A DNA stretch of 64,000 nucleotides. It comes from Clostridia bacterium (GTDB lineage Bacteria > Bacillota > Clostridia > Christensenellales > Borkfalkiaceae). The translations under genes were made by a program, and so were the position numbers. The stretch spans positions 461-64,460 of the forward strand of contig JAFVOG010000075.1 of NCBI GenBank assembly GCA_017505945.1. The letters are read 5' to 3'. The notes under the pieces were generated by a model. The model ran no database searches, was not told where the DNA came from, and saw only the letters and a list, made by a program, of their open reading frames with translations. Below, one piece after another: positions 45,234 to 53,037 of the stretch (position 1 is the first letter of the stretch; each line of letters opens with the position of its first letter).

Positions 45234-46343
45234 ATGAAATTCGTATGTGAAGGTTCGGTTTTAGCGGACGCGTCTTTTACGGTAAGTAAAGCTTGTGCAA
45301 CGCGCACGATGACGCCTATTTTAGAATGTATCAAGATTAAGGCGCAAAACGAAGGTTTGACGCTGACGGCGTACGACGGGGAAATTTCCATTGAAAAGAA
45401 AATGAAAGCGGACGTTATGGAAGAAGGCGAAGTTTGTGTAAACGGTAAATTCTTTTCCGATTTCGTCGGTAAAATCACGTTGGACGAAGTCACCGTTTCG
45501 TCGGGCGAACAAGGAATGATGATTAAATATGGCGATAACGAATCGTTTATGCAAACGCTTTCGGCAAAGGATTTTCCCGTATTTGACGGCGCGAATATTC
45601 CCGAAGAAAAATATTTTGAATTGAAACAAACGGCGTTTAAGGAACTTGTTTCCAAAGTAACGTTTTGCTGTGCAACGGATGACAGCCGTCCTATTTTGAA
45701 AGGGAGCTTGTTGGAAGCAAAAGACGGCGTTTTGTACGCTTCTGCTCTCGACGGATTTAGAATGGCTTGCGGTTACACGCACACGACGGACGGAGGAAAT
45801 ATGAAAATCGTCGTTCCTGCAAGAACGCTTACGGAAATTTCCCGTATGTTGGAAGGGGACGAGCTTATTAAGATTTTCGCGGATAAAAACAGATTGTCCG
45901 TAGCGGTAAACGATACCGTGATTACGTCTCGTTTGTATTTAGGAGAATTCGTTAAAAAGGAAAATATTTTCCCCAGCGAATTTACGACGAGAATAACGCT
46001 GAAAAAGAGCGAACTTATCGACAGTGTAGAACGTGCAGCCGTAATGATTAGAGGGGATAAAAATAACCTGCTTCTCTTTGATATTAAAGCGGATAAGATG
46101 GTGGTAAACGCCAACTCGGATATCGGTAAAATTGAAGAAACGGTTACGGCGAACTTACAAGGCAAGGAATTGAAAATTGCTATGAACGGGAAATATTTGT
46201 TGGACGCGTTGAAAGCGTTGGACGAAGAAGAAATCATCTTGTCGTTCAATTCGGCTACGTCCCCTTTCACGGTGGAAAATATGATGGACAAGCGTTTTCA
46301 ATACTTAATTTTGCCCGTAAGAACAAGCAATTCAGCGCAATAA
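45234..46343 (+). CDS. dnaN: DNA polymerase III beta sliding clamp
   Basis: 369 aa. MKFVCEGSVLADASFTVSKACATRTMTPILECIKIKA aligns with the conserved DnaN N-terminus. Ends ...YLILPVRT. Confidence 0.95.
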   Translation: MKFVCEGSVLADASFTVSKACATRTMTPILECIKIKAQNEGLTLTAYDGEISIEKKMKADVMEEGEVCVNGKFFSDFVGKITLDEVTVSSGEQGMMIKYGDNESFMQTLSAKDFPVFDGANIPEEKYFELKQTAFKELVSKVTFCCATDDSRPILKGSLLEAKDGVLYASALDGFRMACGYTHTTDGGNMKIVVPARTLTEISRMLEGDELIKIFADKNRLSVAVNDTVITSRLYLGEFVKKENIFPSEFTTRITLKKSELIDSVERAAVMIRGDKNNLLLFDIKADKMVVNANSDIGKIEETVTANLQGKELKIAMNGKYLLDALKALDEEEIILSFNSATSPFTVENMMDKRFQYLILPVRTSNSAQ

Positions 46344-46377
46344 CGGTACAAAACTGTAAAAAAGCGTGGTAAATTGC

Positions 46378-46406
46378 TTGACGGAAAAAGCAAAATTTCG
46401 TATAAT
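46378..46406 (+). promoter_or_regulatory. Sigma-A-type promoter of rpmH
   Basis: TTGACG (46378-46383) - 17 nt - TATAAT (46401-46406). Confidence 0.65.
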
Positions 46407-46472
46407 ATGAAAGTTATCGCACGCGCGATACAAAAATAAATAAAAAGAAAAACCAAATACAGGAGAAATAGT

Positions 46473-46607
46473 ATGAAAAGAACGTATCAACCCAAAAAGA
46501 GACAAAGAAGCAAAGTGCACGGCTTCCGTAAGAGAATGGCAACGACGGCAGGTAGAAAGGTTTTGAAACGCCGTAGAAATAAGGGCAGAAAACGTCTTAC
46601 CCACTAA
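46473..46607 (+). CDS. rpmH: 50S ribosomal protein L34
   Basis: Not in the ORF track (44 aa). I translated it by hand as [52 protein letters not shown]. Confidence 0.95.
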   Translation: MKRTYQPKKRQRSKVHGFRKRMATTAGRKVLKRRRNKGRKRLTH

Positions 46608-46715
46608 TGGTAAAAAAACAAAGTAGAAACGAAGCGCGCAATCCTTTCCTTTTTTATAAAGGAGAGGTTTTGCCATTTTAATATACCGCTTCGTTAAAGG
46701 TAAAAAGCAAAAAAG

Positions 46716-47033
46716 ATGCGCTATTATAAACTGAAAAAACAAGCGGATTTCGATAAGCTTTTCAAAAAGGGAAAACGTCTGTTTTCCTCGTCCGTTACCG
46801 TAATTTACGCTCCGTCTAAGCAAACGACGATGGGAATTTCCGTAGGAAAACGTCACGGCAAAAGCGTACAAAGAAACCGCATTAAAAGGTTAATAAGAGA
46901 GGCGTTTCGGCGCGAAGTGGAAACCATTAAAGGCACGTATGCGTTTGTGATTATTCCAAAAGTAGCCGAAGAATATCATTTTGCTACGTTTCAAGACGAT
47001 TTACGATGTATATTGAAAAAAGCACAACTTTAA
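46716..47033 (+). CDS. rnpA: Ribonuclease P protein component
   Basis: 105 aa, basic. [17 protein letters not shown]...[12 protein letters not shown] (RNR motif). Downstream of rpmH. Confidence 0.9.
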   Translation: MRYYKLKKQADFDKLFKKGKRLFSSSVTVIYAPSKQTTMGISVGKRHGKSVQRNRIKRLIREAFRREVETIKGTYAFVIIPKVAEEYHFATFQDDLRCILKKAQL

Positions 47034-47098
47034 GTTTGCAGTGGAAACCGTTTTTTACGGAAAATGCAAGATACGTATATAAAATTTTGAGAAAAAAG

Positions 47099-47341
47099 GT
47101 GTTTCGCCCCTATCTCAAATCGTTTTGTATGCGTTTGATTATTTTCTATCAAAAACACATTTCCAAACACACTTGCCTGTACCGCCCCACCTGTTCGCAA
47201 TACACGCTGGAATGTATCAATAATCACGGTGCAATAGTAGGTATTTTGATGGGGGCGTGGCGCATTTTACGGTGCAATCCCCTTTCCAAAGGCGGTTACG
47301 ACCCTGCACCCGAAAAACGGCAAAAAAAGTGGCTTTTATAA
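47099..47341 (+). CDS. yidD: Membrane protein insertion efficiency factor YidD
   Basis: [10 protein letters not shown]...[15 protein letters not shown]...G...R.LRCNP is the YidD signature. I chose the GTG at 47099 (80 aa). The alternatives are ATG at 47129 or 47006. Confidence 0.8.
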   Translation: MFRPYLKSFCMRLIIFYQKHISKHTCLYRPTCSQYTLECINNHGAIVGILMGAWRILRCNPLSKGGYDPAPEKRQKKWLL

Positions 47342-47386
47342 ACTCGATGATAATAGTACGGCAAAAGCCGTAAAAATAGGATAGAT

Positions 47387-48832
47387 ATGGAATTATTCAA
47401 TTTGTTAAACGGCTCGGTAGGGATTCATTTATTTGGACAAACCTTCGACGTGTCGCTCAACTGGATAGGCGAACTTATTAAAGGACTCATCAAGGGCGTT
47501 GGCTCGGTGGGTTTGGGTATTATCGTCTTTTCGCTTATCTTAAAAGTTATCGTTTTACCTTTCGACATTTACCAACGTATTGCAATGCGTAAACAAAACT
47601 TAAAGATGGCGGAAAATAAAGACCGTATGGAAAAATTGCAAAAGCAATACGCCAACGACAAGCAGATGTATAACCAAAAAGTTATGGAAATGTACAAGGA
47701 AAGCGGAATCAATATGTTCTCTTCCTGTCTGCCTATGATTTTGTCGATGATTATCTTTTTCGTAGCCATCGGCGCGTTTAACTCGTATTCGCAATATTCC
47801 AACATTGAAAACTATAATATTATGGTAGATGCGTACAACGCGAAAATGACGGAATATGCAGTAGATGTGTCGGACGAAAACACAAATTTCACGTTGCAAA
47901 CGCGTACGGAAAAAAATGCGCAAGGCGTCGATGAAGAAGTGTATTATATCCAAGTTTCGCAAACGGCAAAAGTCATCTATTTCGAAGTGAAATACACGGG
48001 CGAAATTGCGGATATGGCGACTTACAAGGCGTACGTGGACGACTATAAGGGCGAAAAGGCGTACTATATCGACAAAGCTAAATTAGACGACACCGTAAAG
48101 GCGTACGTAGAAGAAAAACGCACGGCGCATAACAATGCTAACGCGGAATCGGGCGCAACGACGCCTTTTGATGAAGACTTGGCAATTAAGACGTACTTTA
48201 TCGAACAAGGTCAAGACGCGGTAGTTTCGGCGTATAAAAAGGACGTTACCAAAAACACGTCGTTTTTATGGATTAAAAACATTTGGGTTACGGACGCCGT
48301 ATATAAACACCCCGTTCTCCCCTACGGCGAATTCTCGTCGAGTATGGCAAGAGAATCGTTTAAGGTAGATGGAAAAAAGGTAAAACTCAGCGACGTAGCG
48401 GAATATACCAACGCCTACCAAGAATATGCGTACGACCAAATTACGGGCAAACTCGACAGCCAAAAATCCGCACCTAACGGGTATTTCATTTTAATCGCGC
48501 TGTCTATCGGCAGTATCTTGTTGCAACAGTTCGTTAGCATGCGTTCGCAAAAGGAACAGCAAAAATATTCGTCCGTAGATGGACAAAGCGGTTCGCAACA
48601 AAAAATGATGCTGATTATGATGACGGGTATGTTCGCTATCTTCTCGTTTTTGTATAGCTCCGCATTTACTATTTATATGGTAACGAGTAACTTAACGTCG
48701 CTTGCTTCTACGCTGATTATCAATAAAGCGGTAGATAGCTCGGCAAGAAAGAAGGAAGAACGCGCTTTGCAAGAAAAATATAACAAGCGTTTCCCTCGTC
48801 AGCAACAAGACGATAAGAAAAAGAAGAAGTAA
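47387..48832 (+). CDS. yidC: YidC/Oxa1-family membrane insertase with a large inserted soluble region
   Basis: 481 aa. Conserved core (ILKVIVLPF...QKQYANDKQMYNQKVMEMYKESGINMFSSCLPMILSMIIFF, FLWIKNI, and C-terminal TMs with a Lys-rich tail). About 170 extra residues lie between the core TM helices. Confidence 0.9.
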   Translation: MELFNLLNGSVGIHLFGQTFDVSLNWIGELIKGLIKGVGSVGLGIIVFSLILKVIVLPFDIYQRIAMRKQNLKMAENKDRMEKLQKQYANDKQMYNQKVMEMYKESGINMFSSCLPMILSMIIFFVAIGAFNSYSQYSNIENYNIMVDAYNAKMTEYAVDVSDENTNFTLQTRTEKNAQGVDEEVYYIQVSQTAKVIYFEVKYTGEIADMATYKAYVDDYKGEKAYYIDKAKLDDTVKAYVEEKRTAHNNANAESGATTPFDEDLAIKTYFIEQGQDAVVSAYKKDVTKNTSFLWIKNIWVTDAVYKHPVLPYGEFSSSMARESFKVDGKKVKLSDVAEYTNAYQEYAYDQITGKLDSQKSAPNGYFILIALSIGSILLQQFVSMRSQKEQQKYSSVDGQSGSQQKMMLIMMTGMFAIFSFLYSSAFTIYMVTSNLTSLASTLIINKAVDSSARKKEERALQEKYNKRFPRQQQDDKKKKK

Positions 48833-48870
48833 AAAACGTTTCCGCAAATAAGCGGAAAGGAGAGTAGAAT

Positions 48871-49788
48871 ATGAGTTATAAGGAATTTACGGGTAAAACC
48901 GTAGAAGAAGCGATTGAGCTTGGTCTTGCCGAGCTGAATCTCACGAAAGAAAACGCAGATATCCGCGTTTTGGAAGAAGGCAAGAGAAAACTGTTTGGTT
49001 CGGTAAAAGCGCGCGTAGAAATCGCACCGAAAAATGCGGAAGAACAACCCGAAGACGCTCCCGTTGTAGAAAAATCGGGAAAGACGGACGGCGAACGCAC
49101 GGTAGAATTTTTAGAAGGGCTGTTTAAGCTGTTAAATATCACGGCGGACACGGAGCTTGTTTCCGAAGGGGAAAAGGTAGAAATCAACGTAACGGCGGTG
49201 CGTTCCACCACCGTTATCGGTAAGCACGGCGCAATGCTCGACGCTATCCAAACGTTGGCTGGCGCGGTGGCAAACACGGGTAGAGACGAATATAAACGCG
49301 TCGTTGTCGATTGCGAAAATTACCGTGAAAATAGAGAAAACACGCTGAATAAGCTTGCGGAAAACTTGGCAAGCAAAGCCATTCGCTTGCAAAGAAAAAT
49401 CCAGTTAGAACCGATGAACCCGTACGAAAGACGTATCATCCACTCCGCACTGGCAAACGCGGAAGGCGTAAAGACGGTAAGCGAAGGCAAAGAACCCAAC
49501 CGCTATATCGTCATTATCCCTGAAAACGAAGAAGACCCTACCCTGCCCCCCTTGCCTGCAAGAAACGACAGACGTGACGATAGACAAGACAGACGTGGAA
49601 ACGGGCGTGGGGATAGAAGAAACGGCGGACGCGGATACGGCAACAAAGGCGATAGACGCGGTGGTTATAAAAAGCAAAACCGTAGCGGTTCGGGCGCACC
49701 CGCGTCGGGCGGAACGTCTATGAAGGCAAGCACCGATTTCTTTGGGATTTTCCTTGGCAATAGCGGTAACAACGGCGACGAAGAATAA
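48871..49788 (+). CDS. khpB: Jag/KhpB RNA-binding protein (Jag-N, KH, R3H) with Arg/Gly-rich tail
   Basis: 305 aa. The N-terminal Jag domain, IGKHGAMLDAIQ (KH) and YERRIIHSAL (R3H) are present. The tail is RNDRRDDRQDRRGNGRGDRRNGGRGYGNKGDRRGG. Confidence 0.9.
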   Translation: MSYKEFTGKTVEEAIELGLAELNLTKENADIRVLEEGKRKLFGSVKARVEIAPKNAEEQPEDAPVVEKSGKTDGERTVEFLEGLFKLLNITADTELVSEGEKVEINVTAVRSTTVIGKHGAMLDAIQTLAGAVANTGRDEYKRVVVDCENYRENRENTLNKLAENLASKAIRLQRKIQLEPMNPYERRIIHSALANAEGVKTVSEGKEPNRYIVIIPENEEDPTLPPLPARNDRRDDRQDRRGNGRGDRRNGGRGYGNKGDRRGGYKKQNRSGSGAPASGGTSMKASTDFFGIFLGNSGNNGDEE

Positions 49789-49792
49789 GAAA

Positions 49793-49830
49793 ACAAAAAA
49801 ACGCTTTCCTACACGGAAAGCGTTTTTTAT
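49793..49830. terminator. Bidirectional terminator after jag
   Basis: acgctttcc (49801-49809) / ggaaagcgt (49815-49823), flanked by an A-run and T6. Confidence 0.8.
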
Positions 49831-50312
49831 TTGCAAAATAGGGAATCCCAAATATTGACGATTCGTTTATCCTTACGGCGAGTAGTTGCATAGCGATACG
49901 CCTTATACGCACCACTGTTTTCACGGTTTTCAGCGTAAAACAGGATATAATGGCTTTCGTCTATCATAGCGCAGTTTCTAAAATAAATGCTTTTATACCA
50001 ACCGTTAAACGACGGCACAAGATAGGTAATTTCGTCGTAATTTTCACGGTTAAAATAACGTACTTTTTTGGTTAGATACCGTTCTTGCGCAACGCAATAT
50101 ACGCGCCAAAGCGCAAGCTCTGGTCGGCTCGTTTTTAGTTGCGTTACGATTTGATAACAAAGCTCGTCAAAATCTCCGTACCCCCCGAAATAAAAAATAC
50201 GGCAACCGTTACGTATGGCGTTTTCAATTTCCGCAAGGGTGGCGTTATATAATTCCTGTGTAACCGTAATGTCACGGTGTCCGAAAAACGAGCATATTTT
50301 TCTTTCGTCCAT
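49827..50312 (-). CDS. DUF1273/YpsA-like SLOG-superfamily protein, paralogue 3
   Basis: ATG at 50312 (MDERKICSFFGHRD...). GGYGDFDELC, FRNCAMIDESHYILFYA and NSGAYKAYRY motifs. The track ORF extends to a GTG at 50378 inside the structured leader. Confidence 0.75.
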   Translation of the reverse strand: MDERKICSFFGHRDITVTQELYNATLAEIENAIRNGCRIFYFGGYGDFDELCYQIVTQLKTSRPELALWRVYCVAQERYLTKKVRYFNRENYDEITYLVPSFNGWYKSIYFRNCAMIDESHYILFYAENRENSGAYKAYRYATTRRKDKRIVNIWDSLFCK

Positions 50313-50506
50313 AATAAAAAAATAAGGTGCCACCCCTTGCGAGATGACACCGCAGAATACCTCTCGCGTAGTTGCCACACCACTTTAACCTACTTTTCAG
50401 CCGATTATTGCGATACCGTATTTCTGCCGAAATAGAGTATGGCTGAAAAAAGGGAATACTATCCCTTCAAAGTAGGTTTTTAGAAAATTATTAAAATGAT
50501 GTGGCT
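50313..50506 (-). promoter_or_regulatory. Riboswitch-like structured 5' leader (three-way junction plus antiterminator/terminator), class unknown
   Basis: On the - strand, P1 is AACCUACUUU (50478-50469) / AAAGUAGGUU (50396-50387), enclosing hairpin AAGGGA-UAGUAU-UCCCUU and stem CAGCC...GGCUG, which has an inner UAUUUC-GGCA-GAAAUA hairpin. The terminator GGUGUCAUCUC-GCAA-GGGGUGGCACC (50351-50326) is followed by UUAUUUUUUU. A competing stem GCGAGA/UCUCGC is also possible. Confidence 0.55.
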
Positions 50507-50512
50507 TTTTAT

Positions 50513-50541
50513 AGTATAACACGCTTTTTAATTCTTTTCAA
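50513..50541 (-). promoter_or_regulatory. Sigma-A-type promoter driving the structured leader
   Basis: On the - strand: TTGAAA (50541-50536) - 17 nt - TATACT (50518-50513), preceded by TGt. Confidence 0.6.
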
Positions 50542-50570
50542 CAAAAAAGCATAAAAAAAGCAAAAAAAAA

Positions 50571-50734
50571 CCTTCTCTTACAAGAGAAGGACTTCCATAG
50601 TGTACCTTCTCCCGCAGGAGAAGGTGGCGTGAGCGCGAGTGATGCGAGCCGAAAGGCGGATGAGGCGTTGCTTGTTTTTTAGCATAAACTACTCATCCAC
50701 CGCAAGCGGTCCCCCTTCTCTTACAAGAGAAGGT
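50571..50734 (+). repeat. Hairpin-rich repeat, copy C (diverged centre, extra 5' hairpin)
   Basis: Hairpins ccttctcttacaagagaagg at 50571-50590 and 50714-50733, and accttctcccgcaggagaaggt at 50604-50625. The last roughly 45 nt are identical to copy B. Confidence 0.85.
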
Positions 50735-50749
50735 TACACTGCGGTGCAA

Positions 50750-51268
50750 TTACCGTAAAAACGAAACGTTTTTTTGTAGTTTTTTCACGGACAGGTATAA
50801 CGGTGTGCCAAGCCCGTACACCCACACCGTTTGCGTGATAAATAAGGACAGGGCGTAGGCAAAATATGCCGTCAGCGCGGTGGCGTAACCGCCCGCGTCA
50901 CCACACAAAACGACGATAACGAACGGAATTATGACGGTATTAAACAGGACGGGGAAAATTCCCCCCACCGCAATTTTCAGCGCGGTGTTTTGTATGCGTT
51001 TCCCCACCAAATAGGTGCAAACGGCGGAAAGCAGGGTGGCAAGCGAACCGAACGGCAGGTCGTACAAAATAAACGGTGACGCCAAGTTGGAAAGGGCGCA
51101 CCCCACCGTTAAGCCCACAATCGATTCGGGGAAAAACAGCGGTAAAAGACAAAACGCCTCTGCGGGGCGGACCTGTAACGGGCCGAACGCAAAGGGTGTA
51201 AAGATAAGGGTAATTGCAACGTACAACGCCGAAATTACGGCGGAACGGCAAAGCTTTTTGGCTTGCAT
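50750..51268 (-). CDS. queT: QueT-family queuosine-precursor transporter (ECF S-component-like)
   Basis: 172 aa, about 5 TM helices. RSAVISALYVAITLIFTPFAFGPLQVR.AEA matches the QueT N-terminal signature. Confidence 0.75.
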   Translation of the reverse strand: MQAKKLCRSAVISALYVAITLIFTPFAFGPLQVRPAEAFCLLPLFFPESIVGLTVGCALSNLASPFILYDLPFGSLATLLSAVCTYLVGKRIQNTALKIAVGGIFPVLFNTVIIPFVIVVLCGDAGGYATALTAYFAYALSLFITQTVWVYGLGTPLYLSVKKLQKNVSFLR

Positions 51269-51273
51269 ATTGT

Positions 51274-51318
51274 CACCTCGGTTTTTTTACGGAAGTGTTT
51301 ACCGAAAACCTTCCTATG
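51274..51318 (-). promoter_or_regulatory. preQ1-I-like riboswitch upstream of queT
   Basis: - strand RNA: GGAAG-GUUUUCGGUAAACA-CUUCC-GUAAAAAAACCGAGGUG. It has a short P1, an A-rich tail, tail ACCGA complementary to loop UCGGU (H-type pseudoknot), and an SD GAGG at the 3' end. This mirrors the B. subtilis queC aptamer layout. Confidence 0.55.
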
Positions 51319-51323
51319 CCCGT

Positions 51324-51353
51324 ATTATAACACTCTTTTTTCGTGTTCGTCAA
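51324..51353 (-). promoter_or_regulatory. Sigma-A-type promoter of the queT leader
   Basis: On the - strand: TTGACG (51353-51348) - 18 nt - TATAAT (51329-51324), preceded by TGt. Confidence 0.6.
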
Positions 51354-51364
51354 GCATTTTATAT

Positions 51365-51964
51365 TTATTTGGCGGATTTTGTTTGCGACGCCCTATTCCA
51401 AAGCAGAGTAGCGATTGCGGACGAGATTTGTTCCGCCATACTATACACCAAGTGCAGGCGCGTGGTGTTGAGAAGTCCGAAATTTGCCACCGATTTTTCC
51501 GCTACGATACCCATAACGGATACGTCGCCGATTGCACCCAGCTTTTTATTCGCCCCTGCGCCCGGGAGCAGGGGCGAGTCGTTGAGCTTAATAAGACCTA
51601 TATCCCCTTCCGCACCCACGGCGGCGTCGATTGCGATAATTTGGCTTTTGGGGTGCGTTTCCTTCAAAAACGCGCGCAAATACCGTATTTCTTTGGCGGT
51701 TACGGGCAGGGCAAGCGTACCGTAAATAAACGCCTTTACCCCCTGCGTCTTGTATTTGAGCATAGAACCCGTAATCGGACCTAAACTGTCCCCGATGGCA
51801 AGGTCGCTCCCCACGCATACAATCACGGGCGCGCGCTCGCTATCCACTTGCGCTCCGCCTTTTTTCTTGGATTTTTGGATAAGGTCTTCTCGTAACAGCT
51901 CGTCCAAAGCCATCGTGATACCGTCCGTTGCTAATTTATTATAAATATGAAAGGAATACTGCAT
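51365..51964 (-). CDS. yyaC: Putative sporulation protein YyaC (GPR-like protease fold, DUF1256)
   Basis: VIVCVGSDLAIGDSLGPITGSML and IIAIDAAVG motifs as in YyaC. Start uncertain (ATG 51964 chosen; the track gives TTG at 52006). Confidence 0.7.
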   Translation of the reverse strand: MQYSFHIYNKLATDGITMALDELLREDLIQKSKKKGGAQVDSERAPVIVCVGSDLAIGDSLGPITGSMLKYKTQGVKAFIYGTLALPVTAKEIRYLRAFLKETHPKSQIIAIDAAVGAEGDIGLIKLNDSPLLPGAGANKKLGAIGDVSVMGIVAEKSVANFGLLNTTRLHLVYSMAEQISSAIATLLWNRASQTKSAK

Positions 51965-52121
51965 ACGCCACCTGCCAAAATGGAGTATTGCCTGCCCAAA
52001 GCCCAAATAAACGCAAAAATAAAAAATATTTCATAAAAGCGTTGAAAAATACGGGCGACTGTGGTATAATAAGTAAACGGATGGGCAAAACGAAAAAGAA
52101 AAGGAGAAACAAAGCATAGTT

Positions 52122-52829
52122 ATGTTGCATTTACTCAACGCAGGCGCACCCAACTATATCATAGATATTCTTGCCGTTGTGGTAATCCTCGGCGTAGCAA
52201 TCGTTTCCGCAAAGCGCGGTTTCGTCGATTGCTTGTTCGGGTTTATCTCCACGATTGTCGCTATGCTACTCGCCTTTTTATTGCTCAAACCTTTTTTGGG
52301 TTGGACGAACGGGCTGTTCGGCTTGCAAGGCGTTTTGGAAAAAGGGTGCATAGACGCGCTGTCCAAAATTAAAGGCTTTTCTATGGATATTTCCAACCAA
52401 GGCATTAGCGAAGCGCTTGCAGGAAAGAATTTACCGCAATTTTTAATCGACGCTATCGTGTCGAGTATCGGCAACGAGAGTATTCCTGCCGGCACGACGA
52501 TTGCTATGCTTGCAGGGGACGCACTGGGCGGATTTATCGTAGGGCTTATCGCTTGGGCGGTGCTGTTTTTCCTGTTCAAGCTCGTGCTGATGCTCGTTAA
52601 AAATCTCGTTAGTTCCGTCGTGGAAAAGTTGCCGATTATCAGCAGTGTCAATACCTTACTTGGTTTTGTGCTCGGCTTGTTGCAAGGTCTTTTGGTGGTC
52701 AGCGGTATTATCGCCGTTATCTCTATTTTACCCCTTGCAGGCGCAAACTTTTTCAGCGATTGTATCTTCGTCGGCTGGCTGTATAACCACAACCCGATTA
52801 ACGTTATCGTCGGTTGGATTGTCGTATAA
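52122..52829 (+). CDS. cvpA: CvpA-family membrane protein
   Basis: 235 aa. N-terminal IIDILAVVVILGVAIVSAKRGFV... is the typical CvpA start. 4-5 TM helices. Confidence 0.75.
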   Translation: MLHLLNAGAPNYIIDILAVVVILGVAIVSAKRGFVDCLFGFISTIVAMLLAFLLLKPFLGWTNGLFGLQGVLEKGCIDALSKIKGFSMDISNQGISEALAGKNLPQFLIDAIVSSIGNESIPAGTTIAMLAGDALGGFIVGLIAWAVLFFLFKLVLMLVKNLVSSVVEKLPIISSVNTLLGFVLGLLQGLLVVSGIIAVISILPLAGANFFSDCIFVGWLYNHNPINVIVGWIVV

Positions 52830-52855
52830 ACCAAATAAAAAACGCAAGGCAACGC

Positions 52856-52890
52856 CGAATTCTCGGCGTTGCCTTTTTCTTATATTTTTG
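52856..52890 (+). terminator. Intrinsic terminator of cvpA
   Basis: aaggcaacgccga (52856-52868) / tcggcgttgcctt (52873-52885) followed by T-run. Confidence 0.85.
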
Positions 52891-53037
52891 CCATTTTTCG
52901 ATGGCTTTTTTCGGCATAGTTCCGCTTTGTTTTTTTCTCGAAAACGCACGCCTTTTCCTATAAAAAAAAGGCGTGTATTTTTATCAACGTACCCTAAAAT
53001 ATTATGCGTTTATAACGCTGTGCATAACGCAAAACCC

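Noticed and set aside
48871-49788. Arg/Gly-rich C-terminal tail of Jag/KhpB and the acidic tails of EngB and the 739-aa surface protein, considered as possible fused domains or frameshifts.
   Set aside because: The reading frames are continuous and end at normal stops followed by terminators. Low-complexity tails are common in these families, so they are not evidence of gene fusion or error.
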